61,713 nucleotides of DNA from Clostridia bacterium (lineage in GTDB: Bacteria; Bacillota; Clostridia; Oscillospirales; CAG-272): positions 1-61,713 of the forward strand of contig JAFXKD010000008.1 in the NCBI GenBank assembly GCA_017531925.1. Reading direction: 5' to 3'. Position numbers and translations under genes: made by a program. The notes below the pieces were generated by a model. That model made no database searches. It was given only the letters and a program-made list of their open reading frames with translations, and had not been told where the DNA came from. Positions 58,021-61,713 of this stretch are shown here, piece by piece (the first letter of the stretch is position 1; every line of letters starts with the position of its first letter).

Positions 58021-58030
58021 GCTTTATTAT

Positions 58031-58059
58031 ATTATATATAATTTTTACCATTTTGTCAA
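58031..58059 (-). promoter_or_regulatory. Consensus sigma-A promoter of the maoC-phaZ operon
   Basis: Perfect TTGACA-17bp-TATAAT on the minus strand. Confidence 0.85.
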
Positions 58060-58131
58060 TAACATCTTTAATATTTCTATGTTCATAAAGATTTTTGGTG
58101 AAAAATATACAAAAAAATATATAAATAACTA

Positions 58132-58160
58132 TTGCAAATCACAATAAAAAATGTTATAAT
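58132..58160 (+). promoter_or_regulatory. Sigma-A promoter of tetR
   Basis: TTGCAA-17bp-TATAAT with extended TG. Confidence 0.7.
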
Positions 58161-58191
58161 CATCTCAAGAACAACAAAAAGGGAGCGAAAA

Positions 58192-58809
58192 ATGGACAAT
58201 TATACCGCAAAAGGCATCAAATTACCCAAAACAAAGCTCGGTTTGGTTAAAATGAACAAATTGCTCGATGCAGCTGAGGAATTATTTACAAGCAAAGGAT
58301 TTCACTCCACGTCGATTTCCGACATCTGTAAGAGGGCGGATACCGCGGTGGGCACGTTCTATATATATTTTGATACTAAGACCGATGTTTACCGCTATCT
58401 TATGTGGAAATATGAGCGCATGATAAAGGAGCTTCTTGCCGAAAGCATAAAGAACTGCAAAACACGCTACGAAATGGAGCGCGAGGGCATAAAGTGCTTT
58501 ATCAGATTTGCCCTTCAAACCCCAACGGTATATAACGTTATATGGGGCTCTCTTTCCATAGACCAGAACTTGTTTTTCGACTACTATAACTCCTTTTCCG
58601 AGAGCTATACCAAGGCTCTAAAAAGGAGCGAGGACGAGCTTTGTATAACGGACGCAAAAACGGTCGCGTATATGCTTATGGGAATATCAAATTTCGTAGG
58701 ATTGCGCGCAATTTTTGAGCAGATGGATGACGGGGAGATAGACAGAATAGTTGATGAGACGATTATGCCGGCGCTGTCAAACGGAATTTTTGAAAATTGT
58801 GAAAAATGA
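58192..58809 (+). CDS. TetR/AcrR-family transcriptional regulator
   Basis: LLDAAEELF..KGF..TSISDI...A..AVGTFY.YF..K HTH; ATG after GGGAG. Confidence 0.92.
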   Translation: MDNYTAKGIKLPKTKLGLVKMNKLLDAAEELFTSKGFHSTSISDICKRADTAVGTFYIYFDTKTDVYRYLMWKYERMIKELLAESIKNCKTRYEMEREGIKCFIRFALQTPTVYNVIWGSLSIDQNLFFDYYNSFSESYTKALKRSEDELCITDAKTVAYMLMGISNFVGLRAIFEQMDDGEIDRIVDETIMPALSNGIFENCEK

Positions 58810-58814
58810 ACAAA

Positions 58815-58851
58815 AATCGGAGGGAATTTTCTTTCCTCCGATTATTTTTTT
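58815..58851 (+). terminator. Terminator of tetR
   Basis: AATCGGAGG...CCTCCGATT followed by a T run. Confidence 0.8.
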
Positions 58852-58890
58852 GTTTTATGTGTAAATTTGACAAATCAAGAAAATATTTGG

Positions 58891-58919
58891 TTGACTTTTT
58901 GTGTAATTTATAGTATAAT
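58891..58919 (+). promoter_or_regulatory. Sigma-A promoter of the riboswitch/kinase transcript
   Basis: TTGACT-17bp-TATAAT; predicted +1 near 58926, the first base of P1. Confidence 0.75.
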
Positions 58920-58925
58920 AGTAAA

Positions 58926-58983
58926 GGTATAAGTTTATGATATGGATAAACGTTTCTACGACCGCCGAGAATGGTTGACTACC
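58926..58983 (+). ncRNA. Purine (guanine-type, C74) riboswitch aptamer, variant
   Basis: P1 GGTA/TACC; TAA; P2 GTTTAT/ATAAAC with loop GATATGG; J2/3 GTTTCTAC; P3 GACCG/TGGTT with loop CCGAGAA; GAC-TA. Confidence 0.8.
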
Positions 58984-59019
58984 GCGGACATTTTATATCG
59001 CGTGCAGTCGCCTTTTTTT
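58973..59019 (+). terminator. Riboswitch-linked terminator overlapping the aptamer 3' strand
   Basis: GGTTGACTACCGCGG / TCGCGTGCAGTCGCC imperfect stem followed by T7. Confidence 0.6.
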
Positions 59020-59124
59020 ATCCTTTTTGACACGATTTTGTGTTAACAAACTGTTAACAAGCATAAGATGATTTGTTAACCTGACAGCAAACCTTAAAAA
59101 TTCATCCCGAAAGGAGATCAAAAT

Positions 59125-60825
59125 ATGAAATTATACATTGACGGACACGAATTCGAAGCAAGAGCGGACCAGTCGCTCTTTGACATTATAAAGGAGCTTG
59201 GGCTCTATTCGGGCAAGCTCTCCTCCGACCCACTTGTGGCAAAGCTTGCAGGACGCGTCTTCACACTCAATTACGTTCCCCTGCGCTCAAAGGACGTATC
59301 CCCCGACCGCGAGACTATCAGAAAAGCGGTGGAAGCATCGGGAGGCAACGTCCGCCTTTTCAGATACGACCATCCCACAGGTCGAGAGGCATACGTCAGA
59401 ACTGCTCAGTTCATCATCTTTCTGGCTCTTGGAAGGCTCTATCCCGGTGCCATCGGTAAAATGAGCTGCACACTTGGTAATTCAATATATTTCAGCGTGA
59501 ATGGTGCGCCCGAGTTTTCAGCCGACGACCTCGCAAGCGAGGTACACAAAATAGTTAAGGAGGATATCCCCCTTCTGCGCCGTCGAATACCCATAGACGA
59601 GGCAATAAAACGATATTCCCTTGCAGGTCAGACGGACAAGGTGCGACTTCTCCGTTATCGCGGCAAGGATTATTTTACGATCTACGAGCACGATGGATAT
59701 GCGGACTATTTCTACGGCGAGATGCTTCCCTCCACCTCCTTCCTTCGCTCCTGGAGCATAGTTGAGGCAAAGGGCGGATTTATATTCGTTCTTCCCGACC
59801 CCAAGGATCCCGATAGAGTTTCCGTATATAAGCATATGCCCTCTTTGTTCAGCGTTTATTCGGAGGGTGAAAAATGGAGCGAGCTTATGGGCTGCGAAAC
59901 CCTCGCAGAGCTTAACGAGCTTACCGAAAGCGGCAAGATACGCGAGCTTATAAGAGTGAACGAGGCGCTTCACGAAAAGAGATTTTCGCAGATCGCGGAT
60001 ATGATCTGTGAGAGGGGTGCAAAGGCAGTAATGCTTGCAGGTCCCAGCTCGTCGGGTAAGACAACGAGCGCAAACAGACTTGCCACTCAGCTCCGCGTTC
60101 ACGGTAAATCCCCCATCCTTATGAGCCTTGACGATTACTACATCGACAGAGATAAGATAGCTCCCGGTCCCGACGGAAAGATCGACCTTGAGCATATAAA
60201 TACCATTGATACCGCGCTTTTCGGAAGGCATCTTCGCGAGCTTTTTGAGGGCAAGGAGGTAGAGATCCCCACATTCAGCTTCAAGCTTGGCAAGAGAGTG
60301 TGGACGGGACACAAAATGCAGCTCAAGGAAAATTCCGTTATCATCGTTGAGGGAATACACGGCTTAAATCCCGTATTAGTGCCCGAGGACCTTGATCCGA
60401 AACTCGTTTTCAGAGTTTACGTAAGTCCCCTTCTCCCGCTCAACTTCGACTATCATAACAGAATACCCACCTCGACCTTAAGGCTCCTCCGCCGCACAGT
60501 GCGCGATTTTGAAAGCCGCGGCGCGAGCGTTCAGAGAACGCTTGATATGTGGGATTCCGTAAGACGCGGCGAGGAGAGATGGATATTCCCCTATCAGGAA
60601 AATGCTGACGTCATCTTCAACAGCTCCACTCTCTATGAGCTGGCGGTGATCAAAAAATATATCTATCCCCTTCTCACGAAGGTCGATCCGAGCGAGGAAT
60701 GCTACGAGCAGGTGCGCGCGATGGTAGGACTTCTCAATTACGTTCGCGATGCGGACGTTGAGGACGAGATCCCCCCCACGAGCATCGTTCGTGAATTCAT
60801 CGGCGGAAACAGTTTTTACAGATAA
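59125..60825 (+). CDS. Nucleoside (uridine/PRK-family) kinase with ThrRS-like N-terminal domains
   Basis: ThrRS-like N-region (DYFYG.M.PST..L); AGPSSSGKTT, SLDDYY, EGIH.LN, RLLRR.VRD...RG, WIFPYQE.AD..FNS. Confidence 0.88.
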   Translation: MKLYIDGHEFEARADQSLFDIIKELGLYSGKLSSDPLVAKLAGRVFTLNYVPLRSKDVSPDRETIRKAVEASGGNVRLFRYDHPTGREAYVRTAQFIIFLALGRLYPGAIGKMSCTLGNSIYFSVNGAPEFSADDLASEVHKIVKEDIPLLRRRIPIDEAIKRYSLAGQTDKVRLLRYRGKDYFTIYEHDGYADYFYGEMLPSTSFLRSWSIVEAKGGFIFVLPDPKDPDRVSVYKHMPSLFSVYSEGEKWSELMGCETLAELNELTESGKIRELIRVNEALHEKRFSQIADMICERGAKAVMLAGPSSSGKTTSANRLATQLRVHGKSPILMSLDDYYIDRDKIAPGPDGKIDLEHINTIDTALFGRHLRELFEGKEVEIPTFSFKLGKRVWTGHKMQLKENSVIIVEGIHGLNPVLVPEDLDPKLVFRVYVSPLLPLNFDYHNRIPTSTLRLLRRTVRDFESRGASVQRTLDMWDSVRRGEERWIFPYQENADVIFNSSTLYELAVIKKYIYPLLTKVDPSEECYEQVRAMVGLLNYVRDADVEDEIPPTSIVREFIGGNSFYR

Positions 60826-60829
60826 ATCC

Positions 60830-60860
60830 AAAAAACTCCCACGCTCTGTGTGGGAGTTTT
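60830..60860. terminator. Bidirectional terminator
   Basis: AAAACTCCCAC-N7-GTGGGAGTTTT between convergent genes. Confidence 0.8.
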
Positions 60861-60861
60861 A

Positions 60862-61398
60862 TTATTTGTCTAATAAGTTAAGCAGCTCGCCCGCTCTCAT
60901 CAAAACGGGCAATTCCCTGTTTGCTATGAGCCGTCCGAGCGGAGTCGTCGCGCATCTTTCATATTCCGCGACCGCATCGTCAAAGCTCAACTTAAGTGTG
61001 GAAAGATGAAAGCTCTCTATCTCATCCTTGGTCATATGCTTTTCGCCAAAGGCTGATATTTTGCAAAGATAATAGTTGTTTATATTGTGCCTGTGGATAA
61101 GATTATAGTAGTCGCTGACCACTCCCACCTTGCAAAGCACCTCCGCCACCGCTCCAAGCTCCTCTTCAAGCTCTCGCAGAATAGCAACGTCAGAGTCCTC
61201 GCCTGCTTCCACTCCGCCACCCGCGGTCTCGATGCAGGTCGCCTTGCCGAAATCGTCGTCACGCTTAACTCTTACAAAATAAAAATAGCCCTCATCGTCA
61301 AAGGCTATCGCACGGGCGATCTGCCTGTCATGATCTATATATTCAAGAGGCCATTCATTGTCAGAAAGATTTAATATCAGCTGATTATTGTTTTTCAT
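60862..61398 (-). CDS. NUDIX hydrolase
   Basis: Nudix box GGGVEAGEDSDVAILRELEEELG; start MKNNNQ after AGGAG. Confidence 0.88.
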   Translation of the reverse strand: MKNNNQLILNLSDNEWPLEYIDHDRQIARAIAFDDEGYFYFVRVKRDDDFGKATCIETAGGGVEAGEDSDVAILRELEEELGAVAEVLCKVGVVSDYYNLIHRHNINNYYLCKISAFGEKHMTKDEIESFHLSTLKLSFDDAVAEYERCATTPLGRLIANRELPVLMRAGELLNLLDK

Positions 61399-61494
61399 AT
61401 TTTCTCCTATAATTAACTCGTTAGCAGAGCGTTCGAATGATGGATTAAATTCCTCATCCCGTAGCAACGAGTCGATTGACTCGGTCTTTTTTGT

Positions 61495-61587
61495 TGTGAG
61501 TAATCTGAAATTTTGATACAATTTATTTTGGGGGTGCATTTCGGTGAAACGGTTTACACCCATTTTTAGCTAGATAAATTGGAATTT
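61495..61587 (-). repeat. Conserved non-coding element, copy R (inverted homologue of 39-150)
   Basis: Minus strand AAATTCCAATTTATCTAGCTAAAAATGGGTGTAAACC-N11-ATGCACCC...GTATCAAAATTTCAGATTACTCACA, starting 2 nt after the GNAT stop. Confidence 0.85.
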
Positions 61588-61589
61588 AT

Positions 61590-61713
61590 TTAATTCTGTT
61601 TTTTCATTTCCATATACGGTAGAACATCGTATCCACACTTCTTGTAAACATTCACAGCTCTCTCATTCTCAACCTCAACCTCTAAACGAAATAACGAATT
61701 AGGATATTTATGT
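61590..61713 (-). CDS. GNAT acetyltransferase, 3' fragment (runs off the window; not in the ORF track)
   Basis: Manual translation HKYPNSLFRLEVEVENERAVNVYKKCGYDVLPYMEMKKQN*, with the LEV...N.RA...Y.K.G(F/Y) GNAT motif. Confidence 0.75.
   Translation of the reverse strand, partial: HKYPNSLFRLEVEVENERAVNVYKKCGYDVLPYMEMKKQN

Noticed and set aside
61399-61563. 55-aa N-terminal extension of the NUDIX ORF
   Set aside because: It reads through the non-coding repeat element, and a good AGGAG RBS supports the start at 61398.
1-61713. tRNA, rRNA, integrase, transposase, prophage or defence genes
   Set aside because: No supporting motifs were recognised on either strand by eye.

Overview
This 61.7 kb window comes from a low-GC, probably spore-forming Clostridia-like Firmicute (sigma-A-type promoters, AGGAG RBSs, a SPOCS/LysM coat gene). 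Positions 0.4-38.3 kb form a large glycan-utilisation locus. It has a ~25 kb minus-strand operon (PHP hydrolase, 2 GH43, GH2, GH3, 2 SASA-type esterases, a LamG-metallophosphoesterase mosaic, a sugar ABC system with an expanded ATPase, an RDD protein), two AraC regulators, an SGNH lipoprotein, an atypical GH95 and a non-catalytic lectin-like repeat lipoprotein. After a GH13 alpha-glucosidase, a sipL-like gene and a Cys-rich membrane protein comes a TetR-controlled 15-gene operon (maoC, bcd with an in-frame TAG, etfBA, thiolase, FabG/PhaB-like, FabH-like, Liv-type ABC, CoA transferase, two hydrolases including a clear Bacillus-PhaZ homologue). It looks like a PHB/(R)-3-hydroxybutyrate scavenging and fermentation pathway. 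Next are a variant guanine-type riboswitch with apparent ON logic upstream of a nucleoside kinase, a NUDIX gene and a partial GNAT gene. The most unexpected signal is a conserved non-coding element of ~95-110 nt at both ends of the window in inverted orientation. The right copy directly follows a gene stop codon, and the element may be a recombination or cassette-array terminus. No tRNA, rRNA, CRISPR array, integrase or transposase was seen. All calls are from motif recognition by eye; no searches were run.
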